From positions 4,665,819 through 4,729,818 of the forward strand of contig MU062133.1 in the NCBI GenBank assembly GCA_013265495.1: a DNA stretch of 64,000 nucleotides, written 5' to 3'. Under the pieces are notes generated by a model. It was not told the origin of the DNA. It did not search any database and saw nothing but the letters and a program-made list of their open reading frames with translations. The translations under genes and the position numbers were made by a program. Shown in pieces: positions 35,175-46,150 of this stretch; the stretch's first letter is position 1, and each line of letters begins with the position of its first letter. The stretch comes from Vicugna vicugna (Eukaryota).

Positions 35175-35345
35175 TCAGCTGTGTGACTTTGCACATACTG
35201 CTTCCTCAAGTAAGTCCCAGTTTCCTTACTGGCAAAAAGTCCCAGTTTCTTTACTGGTAAAATGAGGCTAATAGAACTGACCTCTGAAGCTACGAGAATT
35301 AAATGATACAGTGGAAGTAAAGATGTGGGCCTGGGGTTAGCTACA
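35175..35345 (+). mobile_element. MIR with an internal 25-bp duplication
   Basis: 'agctgtgtgactttgcac...cccagtttc...ggtaaaatgagg'. Confidence 0.7.
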
Positions 35346-35372
35346 TAGCACATGGCAGGGGATGGACAGATT

Positions 35373-36101
35373 TTTAAAAAACTGAAGTATATTTGATTCA
35401 TAATGTGTTAGTTAAAGGTGTACAGCAAGTGATTCACTTATCTAGATGCACATATATATATTCTTTTTCAGGTTATTTTCCATTATGAGTTATTACAAGA
35501 TACTGAATATAATTCCTTGCGCTACACAGTCAGTCCCTGTTGTTTATCTGTTTTATATGTTGTGGTTTATATCTGTTAATCCCAAACTCCTAATTTATCC
35601 CTTTCCCCACTTCCCCTTTGGTGACCGTAAGTTTGTTTTCTATGTCTATGAGTCTCTTTCTGTTTTGTGCAAAAGTTTATTTATGTTATTTTTCTAGATT
35701 TCACATATAAATGATATCATATATTTATCTTTCTTTCTCTGTCTGACTTACTTCACTTAGTAGGATCATCTCTAGGTCCATCCATGTTGCTGCAAATCAC
35801 ATTATTTCCTTCTTTTTTATGATTGATTAATATTTCATTGTATATAGATACCACATCTTCTTTATCCATTCATATGTTGATTGACATTTAGGTTGCTTCC
35901 AGGTCTTGGCTATTGTAAACAGTGCTGCTACAAATACTGAGGTGCCTGTAGCTTTTTGAATTAGAATTTTCATCGTTTCTGGATATATGCCCAGGAGTGG
36001 GATTGTTGGATCATATGGTAACTTCATTTTTAATTTTTTAAGGCACCTCCATACTGTTCTCCATAGTGGTTACGCCAATTTACATTCCCAACAACACTGT
36101 A
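35373..36101 (-). mobile_element. 5'-truncated Cetartiodactyla-type L1 with TSD; encodes an ORF2 C-terminal remnant
   Basis: ORF 35827-36027(-) 'LPYDPTIPLLGIYP...FVAALFTIAKTWKQPKC...EWIKKMWYLYTMKY' is the L1 ORF2p C-terminus; TSD GACAGATT at 35365-35372 and 36102-36109. Confidence 0.93.
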
Positions 36102-36469
36102 GACAGATTAACAGATGTTAATATGTCAAAGAACAGGTATTTACTGAATGCCTGCTGAGAACCTTCCATATTGGATGGGATGGTCCCTGACTATCGTGTC
36201 CAATCTTAAGTCATCCTTTCATTCAGCGAACATTTATTTGCGATAAACTATATGTCAAGCCCTGACATGGTAAATGATCTCTTGGAGCTCACACACCATG
36301 TACTCTTGGCAGCTTTGTCTATAAGGCTGAAATTTTAGAAAAAAGCTGAAGATCCAATAATAAGGAAATGGTGAAGAGGACGCACAAAAGAGCATCATCA
36401 TATAGTGATCCTGACAAGTGTTTATGATGTAATAGGAACCGAGAGAAGCAGGAAATGAAACTGTGAGTA

Positions 36470-37000
36470 CAGCTGATTTTCGATATTTGCAGTTGTCATA
36501 TTCTGTGAAGTCACAGTGAACCCTGAATTGGTGAACAGGAACCATTGCTCCTAAGAGAAATACGTGGTTAGGTTCCTGGGAGCCTCTGGTTACAACATTT
36601 TTATTGACTGATTAATTCATAACCTTATTTTATGTGTGCATATGCTTAAAGATGCTTTATTTATATATCATTGATTTATTAACATGGAACTAAGGGGCAA
36701 CAGTGCAATAGCTCATGCCCTAAGGAGGCTTTCCTAACATGTATCTTTTCTGTAAAGCATGTCACAGCCTTCTCATGCTTAGGAACACTAGGCGGCGTGA
36801 CAGCCGAGGACCGTTTTAAACAGGAAGGCAGAACATCTCCATGTTCACCCTTGGCTGGGGAGGGGAGTGTAGGTGATGCAACTTTTTCACCACTTTGTGC
36901 AAGGCTCTGGAAGACCAAGAAAGGGCTGCAAGCATTGGTTTTGGGGTCACAAACACATTTCAGTGCAGAGGCAAGTTCACCAATGAGGAATCCACAGAGT
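36470..37000. mobile_element. MER82 (TcMar-Tigger) DNA transposon
   Basis: TA then 'cagctgattttcgatatttgcag...ccattgctcctaagagaaatac...gttaggttcctgggagcctctggttacaacatttt...gcttaggaacactag' follows the recalled MER82 consensus. Confidence 0.75.
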
Positions 37001-37779
37001 GTGTGCATGTGGCTCAAGACTGGGGATGACGGAGGAGAAAATAAAAACAGTGGTCATAGGATTACTCTTGGTGTGTCCCTGTTTTACAATTTTCTTTCAT
37101 GTCATCAAGTTCTTTTTTTCCCCCTTCTTCTTCATCTTACAATGAATACAATTTACTGGGAAAATGATCCAAGCCTGTGTGCCTTCTCCCCCACCATTCC
37201 TCCCACCCGCCTCGCCCCACAGTTGAGTGGTCAGTGGGCTCAGAGGTGGTGGGAGTGACACTTGGGGTCAGTGCTTCCCAGCCCGGGCTCCTCCACACCA
37301 AATGAGGTTTCTGGATCAGCAGTAACAGGAGATGAGAACACTTAAAACTCTTTTCTCAGTGTGGAGGCAATCATGCCCTGACTCGAGACTTCTCCCGGCA
37401 GCGTGCAGCATCCACCGGTTTCCCTCTGGTTGTGACTGTGGCCTTCCGTGTGGCAGCTCCCAGAACCCCAGCCCTGTCAGGAGCTCCAATATCCATTCTC
37501 CTGTGTTTTGATGACTGGGGAAACAAAGTCATTAAAACGGTACAGTTTTTTAAAAGAAAAAAAAATCTTCCCTAAACTTGGGCTCTTTGGAGGAAAGATT
37601 TAAAAAAAAAAGGGAATGCCTGTAATGGAAGTATTTAGAATTACTGCTCAAAGTTATATAAAAGGCACCCATTTGGTTCCTTCAAAAAAGTATCTGGCAA
37701 GAAGCCAGTGCACCCATTGGTGGGGCCTCGGATGGTCCATTGAATTATTATGGGGGATTATTTGAAGGGGAAGATCCAG

Positions 37780-37950
37780 AAATGTCTTCATCAACCCTTG
37801 CAGAGGCTACGAGAAGTACTGTCCCCATATAGAGACAGGAAATTCCAGGCCACAAAGGTTGCTAACATTTTTACCTGACTTGCCTCTGGATTTGGAGTTA
37901 TGTGAATGGCCTGTTTGTCTAACTCAGCTCTGTGCAAATCAATCTTTCAT
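37780..37950 (-). mobile_element. MIR SINE
   Basis: 'tgtccccatatagagacaggaaattccaggccacaaagg'. Confidence 0.55.
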
Positions 37951-39839
37951 GGATTCCCTCCCCCCACCCAGTAAAGATCACCTTGGGTCAAAGGTCACAG
38001 GTCATCATGGTCCTCAAATACCTACCCACTTCGTAAGAGTTCCAAAGTGGACAATTACCCAGAAATTAGGGAGGAACAAAAGCAAGTATTTTGAAAGGCT
38101 AATTGGGAAAAAATGAGTACCGCATGTACGGTAATGTGTCAAGTGTCGCCTTTATGGCTATCCCAATTAATTTCCAGTTTTTCTCCAACCTGACTTTTCA
38201 TAACATAGAATGTGATAGAAAGCCCTGGCTGCTGACATAGGGTTCCTTTGTGCTGCACGATGTCCTGACCATTAGAATATTTATCCCTCCTGGGCCTGTG
38301 TTGTGTTCTCACACATGACACGTTCTCAAACACATACGAATCCAGACACCGACATGCAACGTCCTAACAAAAAGATTGCCCTCAAGCCATTAATTCAGGC
38401 CTACCGCTGGAAGTAAAAACCTTAGCAGGACTTCCCAAACGTGTCAGAGTTTTGCAGCTCGTCCCTGATTGCTTAGAGTGCAAGCAATTCATTTTGATTT
38501 AATAAAAAGTCAAAGTGTTCATAGAAGCAAGCCAGGAATAAAGAGGGGCATGACAATTAAATGGAAAGAAAGAAGCTGAAAGGTGGGTAGGGATCGTCCC
38601 AATGATAGATGAAGCCGTTGTGGGTGATGGGAAGGAGCAAGCTGGTTAAATACACGCATTTTTAAAGGGCAGGTGGTCAACGCATAGCACGTACAGCCTT
38701 GGCCTCCCGGAAAGCCAGGGAATTGCTTCTGGACGAAAGGAAATTATTATTATTGTTTAACAAGGGGAATGAGAAGGCTTTCAGACTGTTGTTTCTTACA
38801 AGTGTGACATCCAGATGCCTTGTGTTTGCCTTCAAGCTGTGCTTTAAAATCAATTTTTGGCCAATTTTAGTATTTCTATTGTGAATTTTTAGGGCAAGAA
38901 TTAAAAAGAAATCCATCTGTTGATATTTATTTTTCTTGTCCTTTGTTAACCAAAGATTCTTTGGAACATTCCAGTTTAAAGTAACAATTTCCTTCCATCT
39001 CGGTTTTGGGGACAGCTTCGGCAACTCTGGCCCTCCTCCTAGGGGACAGGACATTTAGAAGGGGCAGAGCTTGGCGACCCCTGCCCAGTGATCTGTCCCT
39101 TCTCTAGTCAGCAGAGTGAGATTCCAAAGAGTAGAGATCCAAGGTCCTGAATAGATTCACTCCAAATGGCTGTTTATTCTCCTTGTGTTGACGGTGAGAG
39201 AAGTAGCCTTTGGAGCAGCTACTGTCTACTAGACACTGAACTGGATGCCTTGTCAATCTCCTATCATCTTTATAATCACATGGACTCTGTAAATGTCCCT
39301 GTTTAAATGAGGCTGCACAGAAAGGTTAAATAACTTCCCTGAAATCACCCAGCTAAATGGCTAAGCTGGAATTCAAGCCAGATGTGCCTGCTTTTGCGGC
39401 TTCTCTGGGGTCACACTTCCCAGGAGCTCTGAAATCACCGTCCAGGAGAGATGCCGTCCCTGAAAGTTCATCAGAGGGGGTGGGGGATTTCGGCTCGTTT
39501 GGCCAGGATGGGGAGGAGTTGGGACGGGGGGAGTAGCCAGATGCCACAGCCCTCTCAGGTCAAATGAAGCCTGATCCTTTCTCAGCTTGATGTGACCTAG
39601 AACTGGGAAGCAGATGGGTCCAAGCTGCCTGAGGGTCCGAGGGAGGCCGAGCAGACAAATGGGGTAGGGCTGGCATCGCGCCTTTGCTGAGGGCCTGGGG
39701 CTGCGGGCTGCTTTGAGAACCGAGAGCCCGCGTGGACCTTTTGACTTATAAAACCTCAGCTAAGAATTCCACGGTGAGGCTAGAGGGCTCATCCTCTTGG
39801 AGGGCAGCAGACCCAGGCAGATCCGGGGCAAATCCGGGG

Positions 39840-39930
39840 AGATAAGGCAGATGTCAACAGATGCATTATAAACAATGTGGCTACTTGCCGGAAGAGATAG
39901 CCGGGAAGATAAACAAGGGCCAAGGAAAGG
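39840..39930. promoter_or_regulatory. Candidate GATA/FOX/SOX enhancer core
   Basis: AGATAA near 39840, overlapping ATAAACA/AACAATG 39868-39877, AGATAG 39895-39900, overlapping AGATAA/ATAAACA 39907-39915. Confidence 0.4.
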
Positions 39931-40229
39931 TGCCTAATGGACTTAACGCTCATTCAACAGCGGAGACTCATCCCTTTGCAATGCTGGGCAGCAGGGCTGT
40001 TTGGAAGAGATGCTGGGTTGTTTAAATGCCCTGAGATCAAATGAGCCCGGGGCCTGGCTCACAGTCTTACTATACATGACTCGGGCCTTTATTCATTCAC
40101 TACTCACCAAAGGGGGACCAGTAGTCCTGGTTTGCCCAGGACTGGGTTGCTTTCTGGGACACGGGACTTCCAGTGCTAAAATGAGGACTCCCCTGAGCAC
40201 ACCAGGGTCGGTTGGTCTCCTGCTTCCTG

Positions 40230-40850
40230 AGAATCTGTGATGGACCAGACCCTGGGCCCCAGCTCGGCATACAGGGATCAATCAGGCTCAGTCCCTGCTC
40301 TTAAGGAGTCCATGTCTGGTCGGGACAGAGAAATAACATCATGGTAACTGTCATGATTGGGCCATGTACTATAGCGAGGCCATACTCAGAAGCACAATGA
40401 TTGCTTTCCAGAGGAAGAGCAAACACTGGAGGTGAGTCTGGAGCGGGAGGAGCTCTCCAGATGTCTGTAAGAAGCTGGGGAAGGGTCTTGGGACAGCAGG
40501 GACCAAGGCCTAGGGGCTCACACAGTGCTTTGGTTCAGGAAATAGTAGCAGCGTGTGTATGTGTGTGTGTGCGCGCGCGCGTGTGTTGTGGGGCGTTAGG
40601 GGAATGTGGGGGAGAAGAGGTGGGGATTGTGAGGTTGGAGAGGTATTTGAGGGTCCAGGAAATAAGTTGCAGGCAATGCTAAGAAAAATGAAATTTATAC
40701 TATAGGCACAGGGGAGCTACTGAAAGTTTCTTAAGCAGGGAGAGAGAGCATTAGATATTTACAAACTGTCTCATTCATTCAACAAATGGTTACTAAGCAC
40801 CTAGCACCTACTATGTGTCAGGCATTGTGCTAGAGGAGTGAATGAATGGA
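40230..40850 (-). mobile_element. L2 fragments
   Basis: 'gctcagtccctgctcttaaggagtccatgtc...ggggagctactgaaagtttcttaagcaggga' and 'cattcattcaacaaatggttactaagcacc...ctactatgtgtcaggcattgtgctag'. Confidence 0.7.
40551..40586. repeat. Alternating purine-pyrimidine (GT)n(GC)5(GT)n tract
   Basis: 36 bp 'gcgtgtgtatgtgtgtgtgtgcgcgcgcgcgtgtgt'. Confidence 0.9.
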
Positions 40851-41179
40851 TGCATGGCTATCTGCCAAAAAAGTTTCTTGAATTTTCCAACTGCAGTGAG
40901 GGTCCTTGGAATCCAGGGACCAGCTGACATGATGTTCAGGCCTGTGGCCTCTGTCAGAAAAATCGTTCCGCAGTGAGCAAATCTAACAAGAAGGCTGCCA
41001 GCCCCGGCTCCAACCTCCGCCCCCTTATCTGTTTTTCTTTTTCCAAAAGACCTTGAGGACTCTAGTCGATTCCACTACAAAACGGTTACACAATTTCCCC
41101 CGGAGAAAGCGAGTTTCCACCTTAGGGGGATGAATAAGCCCTTTCTTTTCTAGAGAGCTGGCCAATGGAGGCCCAGGCT

Positions 41180-42070
41180 GGGGATGGCAGGAGGGGCAGT
41201 GTGGGGAACAGCCGGCTTCGGTCTAATTTGGGGGTGACTATTTGTTTTTTCATTCAACAAAGTCTGCTTGGCTGGGGCTGCGGCTGCCGGAGCCTCCGGA
41301 GGCCGATAAAGCAGGTAACGGGGTCTGCCCGCAGCAGCAGCGGGCTCAGCGCCCTCTAAATCCGCAGTTGCCCAAAGCATCCATTTTTCTGGGGCTGCGT
41401 GTCCTATAAATGGTGCCTTTGAGGAGGCTGCCCCGGTGACAGCAGGACCCTCCCTGCATCACCCACTCGGCCACTGGATTCTGAAAGCTGATTGTCCCTC
41501 CTGAAGCCCTGCCCTCCTGCGACATTCCTCACGCTGACCATTGTCTGCAGAAAGAGGCCATTGTCTGGGGTTGACATATCTGCTGACGGAGGCACATGAA
41601 ACAAGCAGGGCTTTGGGGAGAAAGAAATCCACCCCGAACAACAAAAAACCGGAGCCTAGCCGGAGGGCAGGGCTTAGGCCGGGCGTGTTGAATTGCCTGA
41701 TGTGCTGGTGTTCTTCCCAAGAGGAAATGCCCCCCATTATGGGAGGATCAGAGTTTTATCTCTGGGCTGGAATGACACCATTTGTGCCTTTGTGTCAACA
41801 GCACTGAGAGGCCTTGTTTAGGGTTATGTGGCCAGCGCTGGGAAGGGCTTGTTTGAAGAGAAAGAAAAGAAAAAAACCCAGAACAATGTTTACCCAGAAG
41901 GCAGCTCCTGCCAACGCAGCCGCGGCCTCGGCCGCCGCCACCCTCCGCGCTGGGATGTTGGCCGGCTGGCCGGGCCCCCTTGGCTGCTCCTTGGCCTTGA
42001 GTGTGGCCATGCCAGCTCTTAAAACACGGGTAAACAGTTCAGTTCCCGTCCTCCCCTCCCCTCGCCCATG
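41180..42070. promoter_or_regulatory. CpG-retaining regulatory island (SOX/FOX motifs)
   Basis: GC/CpG-rich patches near 41270-41370 and 41915-41980; CATTGT at 41539 and 41559, AACAATG/TGTTTAC 41882-41893, GTAAACA 42030-42036. Confidence 0.45.
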
Positions 42071-42231
42071 CACCCACTGTGGCCTTGACTGCTCGGCCTG
42101 CCCCCAGCACCCCCTCCCAATCCTGAGCTACAGGTTAGTACCTGGGAGAGCAGAGTCATCGCCCCCAGGTGCAGGCAAGATCTGAGACCTGTTGAATTGG
42201 CTCAGGGATTCAGCCTCAGGGACTCTTCTGA

Positions 42232-42560
42232 CTCAAAGCATGGTCCCAGGACCCGCAGCACCAGGAACTTGTTAGAAATGCAGAATCTCAGGCCCCACCC
42301 CAGACCTGCTGCATCTGAAGCTGCATTTTAACCTGATCTCCTGGGTGGATTTGCACATGAAGTTTGAGAAGCATGGATCTAAATCAGGGTTCTCAGACAT
42401 GGGTGCACGTTGGAATTACCTAGGGAGCTTTTAAAAGTTCCAATGACGAGGCAGCATCTCGGGCCTGTGGCATCTGGATCTCTGGGGCGGGCTGAAACAG
42501 CAGTGTTTTTTAAGACCCCCCCCCCAAGGGGATTCTATTTGGATTCCAGGTTTGAGGAAG
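42232..42560. mobile_element. Two adjacent MER5A-type MITEs in opposite orientation
   Basis: 'tcaaagcatggtcccaggacc...cttgttagaaatgcagaatctcaggccccaccccagacct...tttgagaagcatgg' then 'ttctcagacatgggtgcacgttggaattacctagggagcttttaaaa...'. Confidence 0.85.
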
Positions 42561-42689
42561 AGGAGTGAGAATGATGCCTTCTTTCCACTGTCCTAGGACT
42601 GAATTGGCATCTCACACGATGCAACAGTTTCTGAGCATCTTCTAGGTGCCACGGCCTCTGAGACTTCATCAGGGAAGATGGAGCATGTT

Positions 42690-42980
42690 CAAAACTGCAA
42701 TGCCTTTCTGTCTAAAAGAGTTCCTATTCATCCTTTAAAACCCAGTTGAAATGTCTCATTCTCTGTGATACATTCCTGGATATTCTGAAACAGGGAAAAT
42801 GTACCTTCTTCTCTAAACTTCTATTGCTCTCTGCATTTTTCTGTTTCCACAGTTGGAGCCCTGAGGGCAGGAACTGTGTCTTATTTGTCTTCATATTCCT
42901 GGGGACTAAGGCAGGGTCTCGGAGTATAGCAGGTGCTCGGTAAATTTTGTTGACTGAATGGATACGTGGGTGAATGCCTG
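42690..42980 (+). mobile_element. L2 3' end
   Basis: 'gagccctgagggcaggaactgtgtcttatttgtc...gcaggtgctcggtaaattttgttgactgaatg'. Confidence 0.8.
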
Positions 42981-43984
42981 AATGATTACGAGGGTAAGTG
43001 AAGATCCATTCCCTGCCCTTAAAAAAACAAAACTAGCAGAGGAGGTCACTTTGCACAAAATTAGCAAGAGGTTAACCTCTGGTGGGTGTTGTGATAGAGG
43101 CTGGACCAAAGTCCCGTGGGATGCAGAGCAGGAGAGAGGGGCTCCCTCCAACCAGGATGCTCTAGGCCCCCCGGGGCCGGGGGGTGGTCCACACGCTTTG
43201 CTCATTGTTGCATTTCTTGGGCTCCTTCCCTTGTCATATTTGGAGACAAAAAGATCCTCCACTTGATGGAAGGTAAACCTTCTGCTTGCATTCCGAGCTA
43301 ATGCCATTGCTGTCACCCGTAGAACGCGTGACTTTCTTTGTATTGCCCATCTCCAGAACTCAAGCCTGGAGACGGAAGAGAGGAGGCTAATGAGTTTGGG
43401 GGGCTGCTGGGAAGGTGGTGTGGTCCCCTTGACTGCTGTGGCTCTGTGGCAACTTGGGCTGTGGGCTGGCCGGTCATGGCTAAGGTCAGGGTCCTGGCCG
43501 GCTGAGGGCTTTCCTGGTCAGAGGCAGAACAGACTGCCCAATCTGCATGTGCTGGGGATTTATGAGGACAAGAGTCTTGGAGGATGGGCAGAGGCCAGTC
43601 AATCACATATACGGGCGCAAAAGAGGCCGAGGCGGATGCTGGGAGCGACCATGCAGAGGCCAGGGGTGAGAGGGTCCATGGTGTTGGCTCTCTGTCCCCA
43701 CAGACATCCTCATTCCTTTAGGTGCACACACCTGCCTTCCCCTCATGGCGTGCCCCTTGGTCCCCTGGTGGGATTCTCTCTTGAAATATCTGCCTCCACT
43801 CTGGACTCTGAGCATCCTGAGGGCTCTTACCAGATTCAGCCTTCACTCCAGGGCCTCATCAAGCGTTCCTGGTGCTCTGGATGTTGGGGGAGGGGGGACA
43901 GTGACGTTTGTGAATGAGTCAGCCGTGGAGGGTGAATCCTTAAATTCTATGGTGCTTTACAGTTTTCAAAAGTTTCACACACAT

Positions 43985-44495
43985 GATGACCCCTTTCTTC
44001 ACCCCTGTCTTTCTATCTCCGCCCCACTTCCCTCTGCCCACTGGGAACCACTAGTTTGCTTTCTGTAACAGTGAGTCTGCTTCTTTTTTGTTTTATTCAC
44101 TAGTTTGTTGTATATTTTAGGTTCCACATATAAGCGGTGGTATCATATGGTNNNNNNNNNNNNNNNNNNNNNNNNNNNNNNNNNNNNNNNNNNNNNNNNN
44201 NNNNNNNNNNNNNNNNNNNNNNNNNNNNNNNNNNNNNNNNNNNNNNNNNNNNNNNNNNNNNNNNNNNNNNNNNNNNNNNNNNNTCCTCCTTATCCATTCC
44301 TCTGCTGATGGGCACTTAGGTTGCTTCCATACCTTGGCTATTGTAAGTAATGCTGCTGTGAACATTGGGGTGCATGTGTTTTTTCAAATTAGTGTTTTTG
44401 GGGTTTTTCTGATACACACACAACACACACCTCTAAGAAGGGAATTACGGGGTCATATGATAGTTCTGTTTTTAGGTTTTTCAGAAACCCCTGAG
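43985..44495 (-). mobile_element. L1 3' fragment with ORF2 C-terminal remnant, spanning a gap
   Basis: ORF 44117-44365(-) begins 'MFTAALLTIAKVWKQPKCPSAEEWI' (L1 ORF2p). Confidence 0.9.
44152..44283. other. Assembly gap (132 N)
   Basis: Run of N. Confidence 1.
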
Positions 44496-44509
44496 AAGAT
44501 ATTTTTAAG

Positions 44510-44815
44510 CAGAGAGAAACACTGAGATCAGTAGACTGTGAGTAAAGCGCACAGTTGGGTTGGGCCTCATTCAGTCAGGTGAAGGCCTTAAGAGACTGAG
44601 GTCTTCCAGAGAAGAAGGCATTATCTCAGGATGGCCTTTGGAATCAAGACTGCAGTGTCAACTCTTCCCCGGGTCTCCAGCCTGCTGGCCTGCCCTGCAG
44701 AATTCAGACAGACCAGCTCCAACAATCATGGGAGCCAATTCCTTAAAATAAATCTCTCTCTCTCTTTCTCTCCATCATATTGGTCCATTTCTCCAGAGAG
44801 AACGAATCGACTAAC
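44510..44815 (+). mobile_element. MLT2 (ERVL) LTR fragment
   Basis: 'gggcctcattcagtcaggtgaaggcctta...ctccagcctgctggcctgccctgcagaattcagac...gccaattccttaaaataaatctctctctc'. Confidence 0.85.
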
Positions 44816-45039
44816 CTAGGGAGCGTTGTGATAAATCTACCCCAGAGTTAAGATTTTTTTTTGTGACACTTAAGGCCTGAAAGGGACTTCAGAACACTCT
44901 TATCTGTGACAGTATTTAGAAGCAGCCCCGAGGAGAATGCCACTACACACAGGCATGGAAAGTGCCAGACAGAGATCCTGAAACTTGCGTTGAATTAATG
45001 GACTATATTTTATTTCTTAAAATTAAAAAGAAAATTATT

Positions 45040-45160
45040 CATGTATTTTTGGCAAGACGAGGTAATTAAGTTTACTTATTTCTAGAGGAAATACTGGGGA
45101 TTGAACCCAGGACCTGGTGTATGCTAAGCATGCGCTCTACCACTTGAGCTACACCCTCCC
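45040..45160 (-). mobile_element. Camelid tRNA-Ala-derived SINE
   Basis: 'ggtaattaagtttacttatt...ggggattgaacccaggacc...gctaagcatgcgctctaccacttgagctacaccctccc'. Confidence 0.9.
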
Positions 45161-45419
45161 TTCCCCTCCCCACGGGCTTTAAATTGAACAAAGACCCATA
45201 CTCATTCTTTCCTACATTTGGCTTTAGCTTCTGCAAACCATCGTCGCCTAAGCTCTGATCATCTTTAATCACCCATCAAACCAAGCTTCGCCTCACGGCA
45301 AGAATCATAGCAGCCAGCCGCAGAGGGCTGTCGGGCAGGCCTCCCAGAGCAGGGAGCATCAGAGAATGGTTCAGAGGGGCGGGGATCTATCATATAATCC
45401 CTATTATTTTTCTTAGATT

Positions 45420-46150
45420 TATGGAGCATCTGTTACTGTGTCCCCGGCACTTGATAAACTGCTTTTAATTTTCACAACAATCCTGCAAGCGCAGCCCTAT
45501 CAGTCCCACGTTACAGATGAAGGAAACACGGTCTGGAGATGCTGACTCACTGTCTGGAGCACAAAGCTCGGGTTTGTGATGTGAAAGCAAAGCCTGTGCT
45601 CATCCCATTGTTCCCGGACTGAGTTCCACTCGTTCATTCGTTCATTCATTCATCAAATCTTCTTTGGTGCCAGGGTATATTCTAGGTGTGGAGGAATCTA
45701 GAGTAAGACATTTTCCTTTTCTTTAAGAGGCTCAGAGACACAGCAATCATGGGATGGCGAGACAGTCCTGTCTTGGAGGTGTGTGCAAAGTAAACACAGA
45801 AGTGTGAGAAACTATTCTCCCTGGGGCATCAGGAGTCTGATGATTTAAGTAAGAGAGCGTGCAGCAGAGCTCCTGGCCCTTCCTGTGCAATGAAGGGGGC
45901 AGTTGGTGGCACCGGAGGAGGAGCTGACCAGGTGGAGCGGGGATCCCAGAGGGAACAAAGGTGCTGCAGGAGGAGGAACAGCATGTGTAAAGGCCAGGGG
46001 GTCACCGGGGCACCAGGGGATGGGGATGCATAGCCTGTGCCTGTGGCCGAGGCTGCTGGGGGGTGTGACGAGTGGAGGGCGATGAGGCAGGTAACAACTT
46101 GGAAGGGGATGCTGAGTGGCTCAGACTCAGACTGTATCCCAGTGACCACC
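45420..46150 (-). mobile_element. MIR followed by an L2 fragment
   Basis: 'cccacgttacagatgaaggaaacacgg' (MIR); 'ttcattcgttcattcattcatcaaat...aggaggaacagcatgtgtaaaggccag' (L2). Confidence 0.7.

Noticed and set aside
41931-41942. Perfect Kozak leader GCCGCCGCCACC
   Set aside because: Followed by CTC, not ATG or CTG; coincidental in a GC-rich patch
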